Part shown: piece by piece, positions 63,371 to 64,000 of the stretch
Layout of the letters: each line of letters begins with the position of its first letter
Position numbering within the stretch: the first letter of the stretch is position 1
Assembly: GCF_006345805.1 (NCBI RefSeq)
Contig: NC_043014.1
Coordinates: forward strand, 33,232,001 to 33,296,000
Length of the DNA: 64,000 bases
Origin: Octopus sinensis
Lineage: Eukaryota
Direction: 5' to 3'
Made by a program: the position numbers and the translations under genes
Notes under the pieces: model-generated
Database searches by the model: none
What the model was told of the DNA's origin: nothing
The model's input: only the letters and a program-made list of their open reading frames with translations

Positions 63371-64000
63371 ACATGCATAAGCATGCGCGTGCACATTTGA
63401 GTATGTGTAGAAACATATATATACATATATATAGCAGAGAGAAACATATATACACATCATAATCATCATCATCATCATCATTTAACATCCGTTGTCCATG
63501 CTGGCATGGGTTGGATGGTTTGACTAGACTGGCACTCTGGAAGACTGCACCAAACTCCAGTCTAATTTGGCATGGTTTTCTATGGCCGGATGTCCTTCCA
63601 AACACCAACCACTCTGAAAGTGTAATGGGAAGGAAGGAGGCAGAGAGAGAAGATGGAAAATCATGAGAAGTATCTTAACCAGGCAAAGATACATAGAATT
63701 TGTAAGGAGGAAAATGAGGAGAAGGTAGGGGAGAAATAAGTTGTGAAGTAAGGGTGAACTGAAGGGAAGGTAAAGGCATGAAGGTATTATATAAGCAGAG
63801 GTAGTGATAATGAAGTGGAGAATGAGAGGGCAAAATATAAAAGAAAAGAGGGCAAAAAGAACAGAGAGAGCCAGTTAATCAGTGTAAAATGTTTAACTTT
63901 CTGCAAGAAATAGTTAAAAGACTAGGCAATAAGAAAGGTGGGATAGAATGAGTAAATAAAGAAAACCCAATTTAACAAATGAGGAAATGATTGGCAAAAG

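Overview
AT-rich, microsatellite- and SINE-dense eukaryotic DNA, most likely an Octopus (coleoid cephalopod) genome; this is inferred from the SINE families and the (TA)n/(CA)n/(GAT)n load. Two convergent multi-exon genes can be assembled by hand with consistent splice phases. On the + strand is the 3' part of an E2F4/5-type transcription factor (7 exons, 2424-14478; the DNA-binding exons are probably upstream of the window), with a minor-spliceosome (U12) intron at 2586-2972. On the - strand is a kinesin-3 of the KIF28P/KLP-6 type (15 exons, 63257-32089: end of motor, neck coil, FHA, KIF1B-like and C2-like regions). The introns and intergenic DNA hold SINEs, mariner/Tc1, Merlin, piggyBac-like MITEs, Helitrons, RTE and Dong/R4 LINEs, LTR remnants and several Penelope-like (GIY-YIG) remnants. 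The most unusual signal is a set of about five distinct families of minimal type-I hammerhead-ribozyme-shaped motifs, mostly tied to Penelope remnants. These include a family with a non-canonical core and a higher-order tandem array whose units start at the predicted self-cleavage site. Nearly all long ORFs in the supplied track are microsatellite or repeat artefacts.
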